A stretch of DNA of 55,739 nt from Nitrospinota bacterium (GCA_046758845.1 JBHIBA010000002.1:1-55739), one strand, 5' to 3'. Counted from the first letter of the stretch, positions 9,193 to 20,629 are shown. Notes: generated by a model from the sequence alone, not told the origin. Made by a program: numbers and translations.

Positions 9193-11865
9193 ATGGCCAA
9201 GTACGTGTATTCCTTTGGCAAAGAGAGAACCGACGGACGGGCCGAAATGAGGGACCTGCTCGGCGGGAAGGGCGCCAACCTGGCGGAGATGGCCAGCCTG
9301 GGCTTTCCGGTTCCTCCGGGCTTCACCATCAGCACGGAGGCCTGCGTCCACTACTTGCAAAACGGCGGCGCCTATCCGAAGGGGATGTGGGAGGAAGTCC
9401 TCGAACAGCTGTCCCGACTGGAAGAGGTGATGGGGACGAAGCTCGGCGAGGCCAAGAACCCTCTCCTGGTCTCTGTCCGGTCGGGCGCACGGACCTCGAT
9501 GCCCGGCATGATGGACACCGTCCTCAACCTGGGTCTCAACGATAAGAGCGTGAAGGGCCTGGCGTCCCGGTCCGGAAATGAGCGGTTCGCTTACGACAGC
9601 TACCGCCGCTTTTTGACCATGTTCGGCGATGTCGTCCTCGGCGTCGAACACAGCGAGTTCGAAAAGCGCTTGGACGGGCTCAAGAAGCGCGAGGGCGTCC
9701 GCCAGGACACCGAGATGGGCGTGGAGGGGCTGCGCTCTCTGGTGGAAGAGTTCAAGGCCCTCATCCGCGAGAAAACGGGCAAGGAATTTTCCCAGTCGCC
9801 GCTGGATCAGCTCAAGCTGGCGATCAACGCCGTCTTCGATTCCTGGAACACCGAGCGCGCCAAGACCTACCGGCGAATCCACGAAATCTCGGAGGCCTGG
9901 GGGACGGCGGTCAACGTCCAGGCCATGGTCTTCGGCAACCTGGGGCCGACTTCCGCCACCGGCGTCGCCTTCACCCGGAATCCCTCCACAGGGGAGAAGA
10001 AGTTTTACGGAGAATTCCTGGTGAACGCCCAGGGAGAAGACGTCGTGGCCGGGATTCGGACGCCCGAACCCATCGAGCGTCTGAGAGAGGAAATGCCCGA
10101 AGCCTATGCGCAGCTCGAGGACATCTATCAGACCCTGGAGTCCCACTACAAGGATATGCAGGACCTCGAGTTCACCATCCAGGACGGCGCCCTCTATATG
10201 CTCCAGACGCGAGGGGGCAAGCGCACGGCCGCCGCCGCCGTCCGGATAGCCGTGGAGATGGTCGAAGAGGGGCTCATCGACCGGAAAGAGGCGCTCCTCC
10301 GCTTGGACCCAAACCAGATGGAGCAGCTCCTTCACCCGCAAATCGACCCCGACGCCCCGGTCCATGTAGTTGCGAAAGGGCTCGCCGGATCGCCGGGGGC
10401 GGCCGTGGGCAAGGCCGTATTTTCCGCTCAGCGCGCCCAAGAACTCGCGGAGCGGGGCGGGAAAGTCATCCTGGTCCGCACGGAGACCTCTCCCGAAGAC
10501 ATCGGCGGGATGCACGCCTCCCAGGCGATCCTGACTTCTCGGGGCGGGTTGACCTCTCACGCCGCTGTCGTTGCCCGCGGGATGGGGAAGTGCTGCGTGG
10601 TCGGCTGCGAGGATATCACCGTCGACGAGGAAGGGGGCAGGTTCACGGTGGGAGACCTGGAGGTGAAAGAGGGGGATCTCCTCACCCTGAACGGCACGTC
10701 GGGAGAGGTCATCCTGGGAGAGACCCCCCTGGTCAACCCTGAGTTGGGCGGGGAGTTCGGCCAGGTGCTGGGGTGGGCCGATGAGATTCGCACGCTGGGG
10801 GTCTGGGCCAACGCCGATACGCCCCACGACGCCCGGGTCGCCCGCGACAACGGAGCCGAGGGCATCGGCCTCTGCCGGACCGAGCACATGTTCTTCGAAG
10901 GAGACCGCATCCGCGCCGTGCGGGAGATGATCCTGGCCGAAACCGAGGAGGACCGCAGGAAGGCCCTCGCCAAGATCCTCCCGATGCAGATTGCGGATTT
11001 CGAAGGGATCTTCGAGGTCATGGACGGCCTTCCCACCGTCGTCCGTTTTCTGGACCCTCCGCTGCACGAGTTTCTTCCCAAGACGGACGAGGATATGAAG
11101 GCCCTGGCGAAGGACACGGGAACCCCGGAGGAGCGGATCCGGGCCATCACCGAGAGGCACCGGGAATTCAACCCGATGCTCGGCCACCGGGGGTGCCGCC
11201 TGGGGATCTCGCATCCGGAGATCTATGAAATGCAGGCGGAGGCCATTTTGACGGCCGCCTGCGCCCAGACCAAGGAAGGCCGAAAGGTCATCCCGGAGAT
11301 CATGATCCCCCTCGTGGCGGAGCCCGAGGAGTTGCGCGTGTGCCGGGAGATCGTCGAGAAGTTGGCCGGCAAGGTCTTCGAGCGGGAAGGGATTCAAGTG
11401 GAATACACCGTGGGCACGATGATAGAGCTTCCGCGCGCCTGCGTCGCGGCCGATGCGGTGGCGGAGCACGCGGAGTTCTTCTCCTTCGGGACGAACGACC
11501 TGACGCAGACGGTGTACGGCCTGAGCCGGGACGATGCCGGCTCCTTCCTTCCGAGCTATCTGGCGGCCGGGTTGCTCGCCGGCGATCCGTTCGTCGCCAT
11601 CGATCCGGAAGGCGTGGGCGGGATGGTCCGGATGGGCGTGGAACGCGGCCGCAAGACCCGGCCGGACCTGAAGATCGGGATATGCGGCGAGCACGGAGGC
11701 GAGCCGTCCTCGGTTGAGTTTTTCCACGACGCGAAGCTGGATTACGTGAGTTGCTCGCCCTATCGCGTTTCCATCGCCCGGCTGGCCGCGGCCCAAGCCA
11801 CGCTGAAGAATCCCGAGGGCGGATTGAAGGACGGAAAAGGTCGGGCCAAGGCGGTTCAGGCCTAG
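9193..11865 (+). CDS. ppdK: Pyruvate, phosphate dikinase
   Basis: Starts MAKYVYSFG...LLGGKGANLAEM...PVPPGFTISTEAC. The catalytic His region is GGLTSHAAVVARGMGK. The PEP-utilizer C-terminus has GICGEHGGEP. The ATG at 9193 lies inside ORF 9136..11865. Confidence 0.95.
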   Translation: MAKYVYSFGKERTDGRAEMRDLLGGKGANLAEMASLGFPVPPGFTISTEACVHYLQNGGAYPKGMWEEVLEQLSRLEEVMGTKLGEAKNPLLVSVRSGARTSMPGMMDTVLNLGLNDKSVKGLASRSGNERFAYDSYRRFLTMFGDVVLGVEHSEFEKRLDGLKKREGVRQDTEMGVEGLRSLVEEFKALIREKTGKEFSQSPLDQLKLAINAVFDSWNTERAKTYRRIHEISEAWGTAVNVQAMVFGNLGPTSATGVAFTRNPSTGEKKFYGEFLVNAQGEDVVAGIRTPEPIERLREEMPEAYAQLEDIYQTLESHYKDMQDLEFTIQDGALYMLQTRGGKRTAAAAVRIAVEMVEEGLIDRKEALLRLDPNQMEQLLHPQIDPDAPVHVVAKGLAGSPGAAVGKAVFSAQRAQELAERGGKVILVRTETSPEDIGGMHASQAILTSRGGLTSHAAVVARGMGKCCVVGCEDITVDEEGGRFTVGDLEVKEGDLLTLNGTSGEVILGETPLVNPELGGEFGQVLGWADEIRTLGVWANADTPHDARVARDNGAEGIGLCRTEHMFFEGDRIRAVREMILAETEEDRRKALAKILPMQIADFEGIFEVMDGLPTVVRFLDPPLHEFLPKTDEDMKALAKDTGTPEERIRAITERHREFNPMLGHRGCRLGISHPEIYEMQAEAILTAACAQTKEGRKVIPEIMIPLVAEPEELRVCREIVEKLAGKVFEREGIQVEYTVGTMIELPRACVAADAVAEHAEFFSFGTNDLTQTVYGLSRDDAGSFLPSYLAAGLLAGDPFVAIDPEGVGGMVRMGVERGRKTRPDLKIGICGEHGGEPSSVEFFHDAKLDYVSCSPYRVSIARLAAAQATLKNPEGGLKDGKGRAKAVQA

Positions 11866-11985
11866 ACGGCGCGAATCCCAGCGAAGGTAAAGGCGTCCAG
11901 GCGGCGTCGCGGGCGGGATGACAGAAAAGCCTCGCCTATTTTCCTTGAGAAGAAGCCCCCGCCGGATTATCTAACTAAAAAAGCC

Positions 11986-12016
11986 CCCGCCCCTTACCGG
12001 GGGCGGGCACTTTTTT
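11986..12016 (+). terminator. Rho-independent terminator downstream of ppdK (an A-tract on the 5' side makes it potentially bidirectional)
   Basis: The stem is CCCGCCCC (11986-11993) paired with GGGGCGGG (12000-12007), with a 6-nt loop. It is followed by CAC and TTTTTT (12011-12016) and preceded by AAAAAA. Confidence 0.6.
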
Positions 12017-12079
12017 GTTTGAGCCGAACCGGAAGGAACGCCGGGAGAGAAAGGCGGGGGAAGAGAAAGGCGGGTTTCT

Positions 12080-13228
12080 TTGAGCCGCTGGAGCGAAGCC
12101 GACCGCGACTTCATGGAAGAGGCCCTGAGGCTGGCGGCGCGGGCGGGGTGGCGGACGCATCCCAACCCGATGGTGGGCGCCATCGTCGTCCGCGCAAACC
12201 GGGTGGTCGGACGGGGGTATCATCGCAGGCCCGGAGGCCCACATGCCGAAGTGCTCGCCCTGCACGAGGCTGGCGAAAAGGCCCGGGGGGCGATACTGTT
12301 CGTGACGTTGGAACCCTGCTGCCATTTCGGCAAGACGCCCCCCTGCACGGATGCGGTGCTCTCGGCCGGGGTTTCGCGGGTGGTCGTGGCCATGAAGGAC
12401 CCCAACCCGCTGGTCGCCGGCCGCGGGATCGGGATTCTTCGGAGAAAGAAGGTCCAGGTGGACGTCGGCCTTCTGGGAGACAGGGCGCGGGGGCTCAACG
12501 AGGCGTTTTGCCGGCGGGTCCGGGACGCCCGTCCGTGGGTGATCCTCAAATCGGCCATCAGCCTGGACGGAAAGATCGCCACCGCCGGCGGGGACTCCCG
12601 GTGGATCACTTCCCGGCAGTCTCGGGCTCACGCCCACCGGCTCAGGAGTCGGGTGGACGCCATCGTGGTCGGGATCGGGACGGTCCTTGCGGACGACCCC
12701 CGTCTCACGGCCCGTCCAAAGGGGGGAGGGGGAAAAAACCGGGACCCCCTTCGGGTGATTCTGGACGGAAGGGTCCGAATCCCTTTGAAGGCAAAGGCGT
12801 TGAACCGCCAGTCCGCGGCGGGTATAATCGTGGCGGCAACGGAGAAGGCGGATGCCCGGCGCGTCCGGGCGCTCAGGGCGCGGGGCGTTGACGTTTGGGT
12901 CCTGCCGTCTCGGCGGGGGGGTGTGTCTGTCAAGCGGTTGCTTGCTGAGCTGGCCCGGCGGGAGGTCACAACCCTTCTGGTGGAAGGCGGCGGGCAAGTT
13001 GCCGGATCGTTCTTGCGCGAAGGCTGCGTGGATCGCGTGGCGTTCTATGTGGCCCCGCTTCTCGTTGGGGGGGAGGACGCGCCCGGAGCCTTGCGGGGAA
13101 AGGGCGCCGCGAAACTCGGCGACGCCTGGTCGCTGAGCGACGTTAAGGTCACACCCCTGGGGCCGGATCTTCTGGTGGAGGGTTACGTGGGGTCCCGGAA
13201 ACAGGCTCGAACAGGAGAGGGGGCCTAG
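12080..13228 (+). CDS. ribD: Bifunctional riboflavin deaminase/reductase
   Basis: Contains the CMP/dCMP-type zinc deaminase motifs HAEVLAL and [11 protein letters not shown], plus a C-terminal RibD reductase domain. The start is TTG at 12080, with an alternative ATG at 12113. Confidence 0.9.
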   Translation: MSRWSEADRDFMEEALRLAARAGWRTHPNPMVGAIVVRANRVVGRGYHRRPGGPHAEVLALHEAGEKARGAILFVTLEPCCHFGKTPPCTDAVLSAGVSRVVVAMKDPNPLVAGRGIGILRRKKVQVDVGLLGDRARGLNEAFCRRVRDARPWVILKSAISLDGKIATAGGDSRWITSRQSRAHAHRLRSRVDAIVVGIGTVLADDPRLTARPKGGGGKNRDPLRVILDGRVRIPLKAKALNRQSAAGIIVAATEKADARRVRALRARGVDVWVLPSRRGGVSVKRLLAELARREVTTLLVEGGGQVAGSFLREGCVDRVAFYVAPLLVGGEDAPGALRGKGAAKLGDAWSLSDVKVTPLGPDLLVEGYVGSRKQARTGEGA

Positions 13229-13229
13229 G

Positions 13230-13877
13230 GTGTTCACGGGGATCATCGAGTTCGTGGGGATGGTCGCTTCCATCCAGACGACGCCCGAGGGAGCCAAGCT
13301 CTCTCTGCGCGCCCCCGAAGCGGCAAAGGAACTCCGCACCGGAGACAGCGTCGCCGTCGACGGGGCCTGCCTGACCAAGGTGAGCGGGAGCGAGCAGACC
13401 TTCGAGGTGGACGTGAGCCCCGAGACCCTGAAGAAGACCACCTTGGGCTCGGTTCGCAGGGGGGACAAGGTGAATCTCGAGCTCGCCGTGAGGCTGGGGG
13501 ACAGGCTCGGGGGACATCTGGTCAGCGGGCACGTGGACGCCGTCGGGCGGGTAGCCGACCGGCGTCCCGAAGGAGACTCGGAAATCGTCACCATTCAGGC
13601 CCCGCCGGAGGTGATGCGCTACATCGTGCCCAAGGGGTCTGTGGCGGTGGACGGGATCAGCCTGACCGTGGCCGAACGGGGAGCCGACCGCTTTCGGGCG
13701 GCCATCATCCCGCACACGGCGCAAAAGACGACGCTGTTGCTCAAGAAAGCGGGCGACCGGGTGAATCTCGAGGCGGACCTGATTGGCAAGTACGTGGAGC
13801 AACTGCTTACCCCCCATTCCCCGGACCGGGGGGGCCGGGTGACCAAGGAATTTCTCTGTGAGCACGGATATGCTTGA
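13230..13877 (+). CDS. ribE: Riboflavin synthase alpha chain
   Basis: Starts (GTG) [10 protein letters not shown]. It has the duplicated lumazine-binding repeats ([12 protein letters not shown] and [11 protein letters not shown]). Confidence 0.9.
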   Translation: MFTGIIEFVGMVASIQTTPEGAKLSLRAPEAAKELRTGDSVAVDGACLTKVSGSEQTFEVDVSPETLKKTTLGSVRRGDKVNLELAVRLGDRLGGHLVSGHVDAVGRVADRRPEGDSEIVTIQAPPEVMRYIVPKGSVAVDGISLTVAERGADRFRAAIIPHTAQKTTLLLKKAGDRVNLEADLIGKYVEQLLTPHSPDRGGRVTKEFLCEHGYA

Positions 13878-15102
13878 GCCGGAAGCCGAGGGAGCGCGAA
13901 AGCTGTTCGCCACGATCGACGAGGCCATCCTGGAGATCCGGCAAGGCCGCATGGTCATCCTGGTGGACGACGAGGACCGTGAAAACGAAGGCGATCTGAC
14001 GATGGCCGCGGAGAAGGTGACGCCCGAGGCCATCAACTTCATGGCGCAACATGGGCGGGGTCTCATCTGCGTGTCCCTCATGAACGAGCAGGCCGATGCG
14101 CTGGACCTGAGGCCGATGGTCCAGGACAACACGGCCATCATGGGCACGGCCTTCACCGTTTCGGTGGATGCGAAGCGGAACGTGACGACCGGAATCTCGG
14201 CGGCGGACCGAGCTGAAACGATCCGTCAGATCGTCAATCCGAAAACGAAGGGCCATGACCTGGCGCGGCCCGGCCACATCTTCCCCCTTCGGGCCAAAGA
14301 CGGGGGCGTCCTGGTGCGCACGGGGCAGACGGAAGGTTCGGTGGACCTGGCCCGTCTGGCGGGGCTGGCGCCGGCGGGCGTGATCTGCGAGATCATGAAC
14401 CCCGACGGCACGATGGCCCGTGTCCCGGAGCTGACGGAGTGTTCGAGAAAACATGGGCTCAAGATCGTCACCATCCGGGACCTCGTCGAATACCGGATGC
14501 GCCGCGAGTCCCTCATCGGGGTGGTCTCGGAAACGATGCTGCCCACCCGGTTCGGAACGTTCAAGTGCAAGACGTTTCGAGGAACCATCGGGGGAGAGAT
14601 TTACGTGGCCCTTGTGCTGGGGCAACCGAGTCCGCGGGAGGCGGTTCTCGTCCGGGTCCACTCCCAGTGCCTCACGGGGGACGTCTTCGGCTCGTTCCGT
14701 TGTGACTGTGGTCCTCAACTTCACGCCGCGTTGGAGAAGATCCACGAGGAAGGCAAGGGCGTTCTTTTGTATGTGGCCCAGGAGGGCCGGGGCATCGGGC
14801 TGGTCAACAAGCTCAAGGCGTACGCTCTCCAGGACCAGGGCATGGACACGGTTCAGGCCAACGAAGCGCTGGGATTCAAGCCGGACCTGCGCGATTACGG
14901 TCTCGGGGCGCAGGTGTTGGCCAAGCTGGGCATCCGCCGGATGCGCCTGATGACGAACAACCCCAGGAAAATCGTGGGACTGGAGGGCTACGGCCTGACC
15001 ATTACGGAAAGGGTGCCGATTGAGATCAAACCCCGAGAGGAAAATTTGCGCTACCTGGAGACGAAGCGGTACAAGCTGGGACATCTGCTGGGCAATGTCT
15101 AA
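13858..15102 (+). CDS. ribBA: Bifunctional 3,4-dihydroxy-2-butanone-4-phosphate synthase / GTP cyclohydrolase II
   Basis: The DHBP synthase part has [12 protein letters not shown]. The GCH II part has [21 protein letters not shown]. The start is GTG 13858 or ATG 13870, with a short overlap with ribE. Confidence 0.9.
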   Translation: MSTDMLEPEAEGARKLFATIDEAILEIRQGRMVILVDDEDRENEGDLTMAAEKVTPEAINFMAQHGRGLICVSLMNEQADALDLRPMVQDNTAIMGTAFTVSVDAKRNVTTGISAADRAETIRQIVNPKTKGHDLARPGHIFPLRAKDGGVLVRTGQTEGSVDLARLAGLAPAGVICEIMNPDGTMARVPELTECSRKHGLKIVTIRDLVEYRMRRESLIGVVSETMLPTRFGTFKCKTFRGTIGGEIYVALVLGQPSPREAVLVRVHSQCLTGDVFGSFRCDCGPQLHAALEKIHEEGKGVLLYVAQEGRGIGLVNKLKAYALQDQGMDTVQANEALGFKPDLRDYGLGAQVLAKLGIRRMRLMTNNPRKIVGLEGYGLTITERVPIEIKPREENLRYLETKRYKLGHLLGNV

Positions 15103-15170
15103 GGGGGGAGATTGGAAACCCATGAGGGGCGAGGCCGGGGGAACCCTTCTCGGCCGACCGGGAAAAGACC

Positions 15171-15668
15171 ATGCCTAAGGCGGTGGAGGGAAATCTCGAC
15201 GCAGCCGGCCTGAAGTTCGCCATCGTGGTCAGCCGGTTTAATCACTTTGTCACCGACCGGCTGTTGGAGGGAGCGCTGGACGGCCTGAACCGTTGTGGGG
15301 CTCGGGAGGCCGATCTGGAGGTCTTCAAGGTTCCGGGCACGTTCGAGATCCCCGTAACCGCCCGCCGGCTGGCCCAGTCCGGACGGTATGACGCCCTGAT
15401 CTGCCTGGGGGCGGTGATCCGTGGCGCAACCCCGCACTTCGACTACATCGCCTCCGAGGTGTCGAAGGGGATCGCCGCAACCGCACAGGAGTTCAACCTG
15501 CCCGTCTCCTTCGGCGTCTTGACGACCGACACGGTGGAGCAGGCCGTCGAGAGGGCCGGAACCAAGCATGGGAACAAGGGCTTCGAGGCGGCCTTAGGGG
15601 CCGTGGAGATGGCGAATCTGTTCAAGGCGCTCCCCCCTGCTCCCCCGAGCCCGAGGAAGAAGAAATAA
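15171..15668 (+). CDS. ribH: 6,7-dimethyl-8-ribityllumazine synthase
   Basis: Contains [20 protein letters not shown]...VPGTFEIP...[13 protein letters not shown]. Confidence 0.95.
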   Translation: MPKAVEGNLDAAGLKFAIVVSRFNHFVTDRLLEGALDGLNRCGAREADLEVFKVPGTFEIPVTARRLAQSGRYDALICLGAVIRGATPHFDYIASEVSKGIAATAQEFNLPVSFGVLTTDTVEQAVERAGTKHGNKGFEAALGAVEMANLFKALPPAPPSPRKKK

Positions 15669-15671
15669 GCC

Positions 15672-16088
15672 ATGGGCGCCCGTCGAACTGCGCGAGAGGG
15701 GGCGTTGAAGATCCTCTATCGTCTGGACCTGACTGGAGAGGGCCCGGAAGAGGTCTTGAGGGAGCGTTGGGAGGAATCGGATACGCCGCAGGAGGTTTGG
15801 GAATACGTCTGCAGGCTCGTGCGAACGTGCTGGGAGGAGCGGGCGACCCTGGACACCTTGATCGCACGTGCCTCCGAGCACTGGACCCTCCGCCGGATGA
15901 ACTTTATCGATCGGAACGTCCTCCGATTGACGACCTGCGAGCTCTTATTCTTCGTAGACATTCCCCCTAAGGTGGCCATCAACGAAGCCATTGACATCGC
16001 CCGCAAGTACGGCACGGAGTCCTCGGGCTCCTTTGTCAACGGAATCCTCGACCGCATCGTCAAAGACCGTGAGAGGGAGATCGCGTAG
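15672..16088 (+). CDS. nusB: Transcription antitermination factor NusB
   Basis: 138 aa, with [10 protein letters not shown] and [12 protein letters not shown]...FVNGILD. It takes the classical position after ribH. Confidence 0.9.
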   Translation: MGARRTAREGALKILYRLDLTGEGPEEVLRERWEESDTPQEVWEYVCRLVRTCWEERATLDTLIARASEHWTLRRMNFIDRNVLRLTTCELLFFVDIPPKVAINEAIDIARKYGTESSGSFVNGILDRIVKDREREIA

Positions 16089-16143
16089 GGTCCTTCCCGC
16101 CAGACGTCAAGCGAACCACCTTCATGCGACTGAGCCGACCGCT

Positions 16144-18621
16144 GTGAACGACCGATACGATTTCGCCGCCCTTGAGGCGCGGTGGCAAGAACACTGGGCC
16201 GAAAGTTGCGCCTTCCGCGCCACCGAAGACAGCGCCCGGGAGAAGTTCTACCTCCTGGAAATGTTCCCTTATCCTTCAGGCCGCATCCACATGGGCCACG
16301 TCCGAAACTACACCATCGGGGACGTTGTGGCCCGCCACAAGCGGATGCTGGGATTCAACGTCCTCCATCCCATCGGGTGGGACGCCTTCGGCCTGCCGGC
16401 CGAAAACGCGGCCATCCAGAACCAGGTGCATCCGGCCAAGTGGACCCGGAACAACATCGACGTCATGAAGCGGCAGCTTCACAGGCTGGGCCTGAGCTAC
16501 AACTGGGAACGGGAGTTCGCCACCTGCGAGCCGAGGTACTACCGGTGGAACCAGTGGATCTTCCTCAAGATGTACGAGCGGGGCCTGGCCTACCGGCGCA
16601 AGACGTGGGTCAACTGGTGCGAGAAGTGCCAGACGACCCTCGCCAACGAGCAGGTGCTGGGAGGCCTCTGCTGGCGGCATGAAACGCCCGTCGTCCAGCG
16701 GCAGATGGACGCCTGGTTCTTGCGGATCACCGACTACGCCGAAGAGCTCCTGAGCGGTCTGGACGCGCTGGCCGACGGCTGGTCGGAGCGCGTGCTCACC
16801 ATGCAGCGGAACTGGATCGGCCGCAGTGAGGGCGTGCGGATTGACTTTCCCATCGTCGGGGAGGAGGAGACCCTTCCGGTCTTCACCACGAGGCACGATA
16901 CCGTTTACGGGGCCACCTTCATGGTCCTGGCGCCCGAGCACCCCCTGGCGCTTCGCCTGTCGGCCGGAACGCCCCAGGAGGCGGAGGTGCGGCGGTTCTG
17001 CGAAGAGGTCAGAAACCAGGACACCCGCCTGCGCACCGACGAGGCCCAGGACAAGGCGGGCGTCTTCACCGGCCGGTACGCCCTGAACCCGATGACGAAG
17101 GAAGAGATTCCTCTCTGGGTGGCCAACTTCGTCCTGATGGAATACGGGACGGGCGCGATCCAGGCCGTCCCCGCTCACGACCAGAGAGATTTAGAATTCG
17201 CCCGCAAGTACGGTCTCCCTGTCCGGGTCGTGGTCCAGCCTCCGGGGTCGTCGCTGGACGGCGAAACCATGAGCGAGGCCTACCTGGAAGAGGGGGTCAA
17301 CGTGAACTCCGGCCCCTTCGACGGTCTGCCGACCTCCAAGGCCAAAGAGGGCATCGCCGATTACATGGAGCAGCGGGGCTTGGGGCGGCGCGAGGTCCAT
17401 TACCGATTGCGAGATTGGGGGATCTCCCGCCAACGGTACTGGGGGACGCCCATCCCGATGGTTCACTGCGGGGGTTGCGGCGTCGTCCCGGTCCCCGAAG
17501 AGGACCTTCCGGTCGTCCTGCCCACCGACATCGATTGGCGCTTTGACGGAACCTCGCCCCTGAGCGCCCTGAAGTCTTTTTACGAGGTCCCTTGTCCCCG
17601 GTGCGCAAAGGCGGCCCGCAGGGAAACGGACACGATGGACACATTCGTGGACTCCTCCTGGTACTTCTGCCGATTTACGAGTCCCAACGAGACGAACGCC
17701 CCGTTCGACCGCGATGCGAGCGCTTACTGGATGGAGGTGGACCAGTACATCGGCGGGATCGAACACGCGGTCCTGCACCTGCTCTACGCCCGGTTCTTCA
17801 CGATGGTTCTCCGGGACCTGGGGCTTCTGGAGAAGGCCGAGCCTTTCCAGAATTTGCTCACACAGGGAATGGTCATCAAGAACGGCCGCAAGATGTCCAA
17901 GTCGTACGGCAACGTGGTGGAGCCGGACAAGATCATTGACAGATACGGCGCCGACACGGCCCGGCTGTTCATGCTCTTCGCCGCGCCGCCCGAAAAAGAG
18001 CTCGAATGGAGCGACGCGGGCGTGGAAGGCTGCCACCGGTTCTTGAACCGGGTCTGGAGGCTGGTGACCGGGGCGGCGGACCAGGTGAGGGACTTTCACG
18101 GACCCATCGGCGAGGATCTGTCGCGGCCCGAGCGGGAGTTGCGAAAGAGGGTCCACCAGACCATCCGGAAAGTGACCGAGGACGTGGGGCGCCGCTTCCG
18201 GTTCAACACGGCCATCGCCGCCATCATGGAGCTGGTGAACGCGCTCTATCCCTTTCAGCCGGAAAGGACGCCCAATTGCCGGGCCGTGTGGAAAGAGGCG
18301 CTGGAATCTCTCGTGATTCTGCTCTACCCCTTCGCCCCGCACATCGGGGAGGGGCTCTGGAGGGCTCTGGGTCACAGCACCTCACTGGTGGCGCATCCGT
18401 GGCCCGCTTACGACCCGGAGGTGGCGGCCGAGGAGGTCCGAACCATCGTCCTTCAGGTGAATGGGAAGGTCCGGAGCCGAATCGATCTGCCCACCACCGC
18501 CGACGAGGAAGAGGTGCGGAGTCGCGCCCTCGAGGACGAGCGAATCCGCAACTGGATCGGCGAAAAGAAAGTCCGGCGGGTCATCGTCGTTCCGGGGAAG
18601 CTTGTCAATGTGGTCGTCTAA
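16144..18621 (+). CDS. leuS: Leucyl-tRNA synthetase
   Basis: Has the HIGH-type motif [13 protein letters not shown] and the KMSKS motif [10 protein letters not shown]. The GTG at 16144 gives [15 protein letters not shown]; the upstream part of ORF 15991.. overlaps nusB. Confidence 0.95.
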   Translation: MNDRYDFAALEARWQEHWAESCAFRATEDSAREKFYLLEMFPYPSGRIHMGHVRNYTIGDVVARHKRMLGFNVLHPIGWDAFGLPAENAAIQNQVHPAKWTRNNIDVMKRQLHRLGLSYNWEREFATCEPRYYRWNQWIFLKMYERGLAYRRKTWVNWCEKCQTTLANEQVLGGLCWRHETPVVQRQMDAWFLRITDYAEELLSGLDALADGWSERVLTMQRNWIGRSEGVRIDFPIVGEEETLPVFTTRHDTVYGATFMVLAPEHPLALRLSAGTPQEAEVRRFCEEVRNQDTRLRTDEAQDKAGVFTGRYALNPMTKEEIPLWVANFVLMEYGTGAIQAVPAHDQRDLEFARKYGLPVRVVVQPPGSSLDGETMSEAYLEEGVNVNSGPFDGLPTSKAKEGIADYMEQRGLGRREVHYRLRDWGISRQRYWGTPIPMVHCGGCGVVPVPEEDLPVVLPTDIDWRFDGTSPLSALKSFYEVPCPRCAKAARRETDTMDTFVDSSWYFCRFTSPNETNAPFDRDASAYWMEVDQYIGGIEHAVLHLLYARFFTMVLRDLGLLEKAEPFQNLLTQGMVIKNGRKMSKSYGNVVEPDKIIDRYGADTARLFMLFAAPPEKELEWSDAGVEGCHRFLNRVWRLVTGAADQVRDFHGPIGEDLSRPERELRKRVHQTIRKVTEDVGRRFRFNTAIAAIMELVNALYPFQPERTPNCRAVWKEALESLVILLYPFAPHIGEGLWRALGHSTSLVAHPWPAYDPEVAAEEVRTIVLQVNGKVRSRIDLPTTADEEEVRSRALEDERIRNWIGEKKVRRVIVVPGKLVNVVV

Positions 18622-19144
18622 GCCTGCGGGCCGGGGGGTCGGGCTGCTGGCGGTCTTCCTGGCCCTGGCTCTCTCCGCCTGCGGCTATCACTTTCAAGGA
18701 GCCGGAGGTTCTACTCTCCCGGCGCACATCAAGAAGATCCACATCCCCATCTTCGACAACCAGACATTGGAGCAGGGGATTGAAGTGCGCCTCAGCGACG
18801 CCATCCGAACCGTGATCATCAGCGACGGGCGCGTCTCCCTGGCCAACGACCTTTCGGATGCGGACGCCCTGTTGCAGGGGCAGGTCCTTCAATTCCGTCT
18901 CCGCCCCATCGCCTTCACCCGAGGCGACCGTACTCGGGAGTTCCGGCTGCGGATGACCCTTCGGGTTTCTCTCAGGGACCTGATCGACGAGAAAATCGTC
19001 TTCCGCCAGACCATCGTGGCCGACCGGGAATACCGGGTTTCAGGGGACGTGAGCACCAATGAGCAAGCCCAGACGGAGGCGGCCCGGCTGGCCTCGGAGG
19101 ACATCGCCCGAGAGCTCCAGGGCCTGATGATTGAAGGGTTCTGA
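18608..19144 (+). CDS. lptE: LPS-assembly lipoprotein LptE
   Basis: Has a signal peptide with lipobox LALALSAC followed by GYHFQG (compare E. coli CGWHLR). It follows the conserved leuS-lptE-holA order. The ATG at 18608 overlaps the leuS end. Confidence 0.75.
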   Translation: MWSSKPAGRGVGLLAVFLALALSACGYHFQGAGGSTLPAHIKKIHIPIFDNQTLEQGIEVRLSDAIRTVIISDGRVSLANDLSDADALLQGQVLQFRLRPIAFTRGDRTREFRLRMTLRVSLRDLIDEKIVFRQTIVADREYRVSGDVSTNEQAQTEAARLASEDIARELQGLMIEGF

Positions 19145-19145
19145 G

Positions 19146-20258
19146 TTGGCGTCCGTCCCCGGCGTCGCGTTCGGCGAAGCGTTGAAAGCCCTTCAGGCGG
19201 GCCGAATCGCTTCCCTTTACCTCCTGCACGGCGAGGAGGAGTATCTTCAGGAAGAACTCCTGGCCCAGATTCGATCCCGCTTGCTCGATCCGGCGACCGA
19301 AGACTTGAACCACCAAAGGCTTGACGCCGAGGATTGCGCCCCCGAGGACATCCGGACCGCCGCCGAAACCCTGCCCTTCCTGGGGACGCACAGGCTGGTG
19401 GTCGTTCGAAGGTCGCAGTGGTTGGAACAGAAGGTAGGGGAGCTGAAACCCGTTCTCGAAAACCCGCCTGATTCGGCCTGTCTGGTGTTGCTGTCGTCTA
19501 CTTCTTTGAAGGCTTCGAGCCCGTTGCTCAAGATCGCACGGAAGAGCGGTGTCGCCGTATCCACCGAACCTCTGAAGGGCAAGACGCTGGGCGCTGAGGT
19601 GAGGCGGATGGCCTCGCGTCTGGGATTCTCCTTAGGGCCCGAGGCGCTCGCCCTTTTGCTGGACCGGACGGGGGGCTCGCTTCGTCGCGCCGCGTCGGAA
19701 TTGGAGAAACTGTCCTTGCACGTGGACGACGCAAAGGAGACCGGCCGGGAAGAGACAGGTCCCGCGCCGGAAGTTTCCCTGAAGAAAGTCGCCGCGGTGG
19801 TGGATGATGGCCGCACGGAGAACCTGTTCGACCTGTCCGACGCGTTGGGCGCCCGCGAGGCCGCCCAGGCCCTCGAGGCGCTCCAGCGACTTCTTCGGCC
19901 GCAGCACAACTCCTCCGCCATCATCGCGGCGATGGGCAGGCACTTTGTCAGGTTGCTGGAAGCCAGGGCGTTGCTGGACGAGGGCGTGCCCGTCGCGGCG
20001 GTGCCCCGAAGGCTGGGCGGCCATCCCTTCTATGCGGGCAAGCTGACCGATCAAGCGCTGCGCTTCTCGGATGCGGAGCTTCGAGGAGCGGTGGAGCGGT
20101 TGCAACGGACCGATGTCCGGCTCAAGGGCAGCGGCCTGCCGGATTGGGCCCTGTTGGAGGAGTTGACGCTTGCCCTTTGCGGGACGGGCGGGGGAGGGGA
20201 GAAGGACGACCTCAGGAAGAGGAGGTCTGCTCCTGCAAAGCGTGCACCCGCCGGCTGA
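19146..20258 (+). CDS. holA: DNA polymerase III delta subunit
   Basis: Contains the LYLLHGEEEYL N-terminal motif and takes the position after lptE. TTG 19146 has an AAGGG Shine-Dalgarno. TTG 19131 is an alternative start. Confidence 0.8.
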   Translation: MASVPGVAFGEALKALQAGRIASLYLLHGEEEYLQEELLAQIRSRLLDPATEDLNHQRLDAEDCAPEDIRTAAETLPFLGTHRLVVVRRSQWLEQKVGELKPVLENPPDSACLVLLSSTSLKASSPLLKIARKSGVAVSTEPLKGKTLGAEVRRMASRLGFSLGPEALALLLDRTGGSLRRAASELEKLSLHVDDAKETGREETGPAPEVSLKKVAAVVDDGRTENLFDLSDALGAREAAQALEALQRLLRPQHNSSAIIAAMGRHFVRLLEARALLDEGVPVAAVPRRLGGHPFYAGKLTDQALRFSDAELRGAVERLQRTDVRLKGSGLPDWALLEELTLALCGTGGGGEKDDLRKRRSAPAKRAPAG

Positions 20259-20493
20259 GCCGGGAGACCTTGCGCGACGCCGTCTTCCGATGAATCACCC
20301 CTTTCGACGCGGTCCGGCCGATCGTCTGGATGGCGTTGGTCAGGGCGTCCTGCGAGGCCTGGGCGTCACCCTGCTCGAGCGCCGCATGAACCTTCTTCAC
20401 GGCTGTCCGGTAGCGGGTCCGGAAGCCCTGATTGCGCGCCCTGCTCTTTCTGTTCTTGTGGATGGCCTTCAAAACCGACTTGCTGCGGGGCAT
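20212..20493 (-). CDS. rpsT: 30S ribosomal protein S20
   Basis: Starts MPRSKSVLKAIHKNRKSRARNQGFRTRYRTAVKKV and is 93 aa, a typical S20. Confidence 0.95.
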   Translation of the reverse strand: MPRSKSVLKAIHKNRKSRARNQGFRTRYRTAVKKVHAALEQGDAQASQDALTNAIQTIGRTASKGVIHRKTASRKVSRLSRRVHALQEQTSSS

Positions 20494-20541
20494 TGCAGAA
20501 TCTCCAAAGTCGCGATTTTCTCTATATCCTGTGCTCGTCCA

Positions 20542-20569
20542 AATATAAGGGTTTGACGCCCTTTGTCAA
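20542..20569 (-). promoter_or_regulatory. Candidate sigma-70 promoter of rpsT
   Basis: On the - strand there is TTGACA (20569-20564), a 16-nt spacer, then TATATT (20547-20542). This lies about 45 nt upstream of the rpsT ATG. Confidence 0.45.
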
Positions 20570-20629
20570 GGATTGACCGCGCGGCCCGCGCGGCTCTCAA
20601 GGATCCTGCACCGGATGGAAAGAGAGAAG

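Noticed and set aside
9112-11796. An 894-aa ORF antisense to ppdK.
   Set aside because: It is a shadow ORF typical of high-GC DNA. It is exactly co-extensive with a strongly recognisable gene on the other strand, has Arg/Gly/Pro/Leu-rich low-information composition, and contains no recognisable motif.
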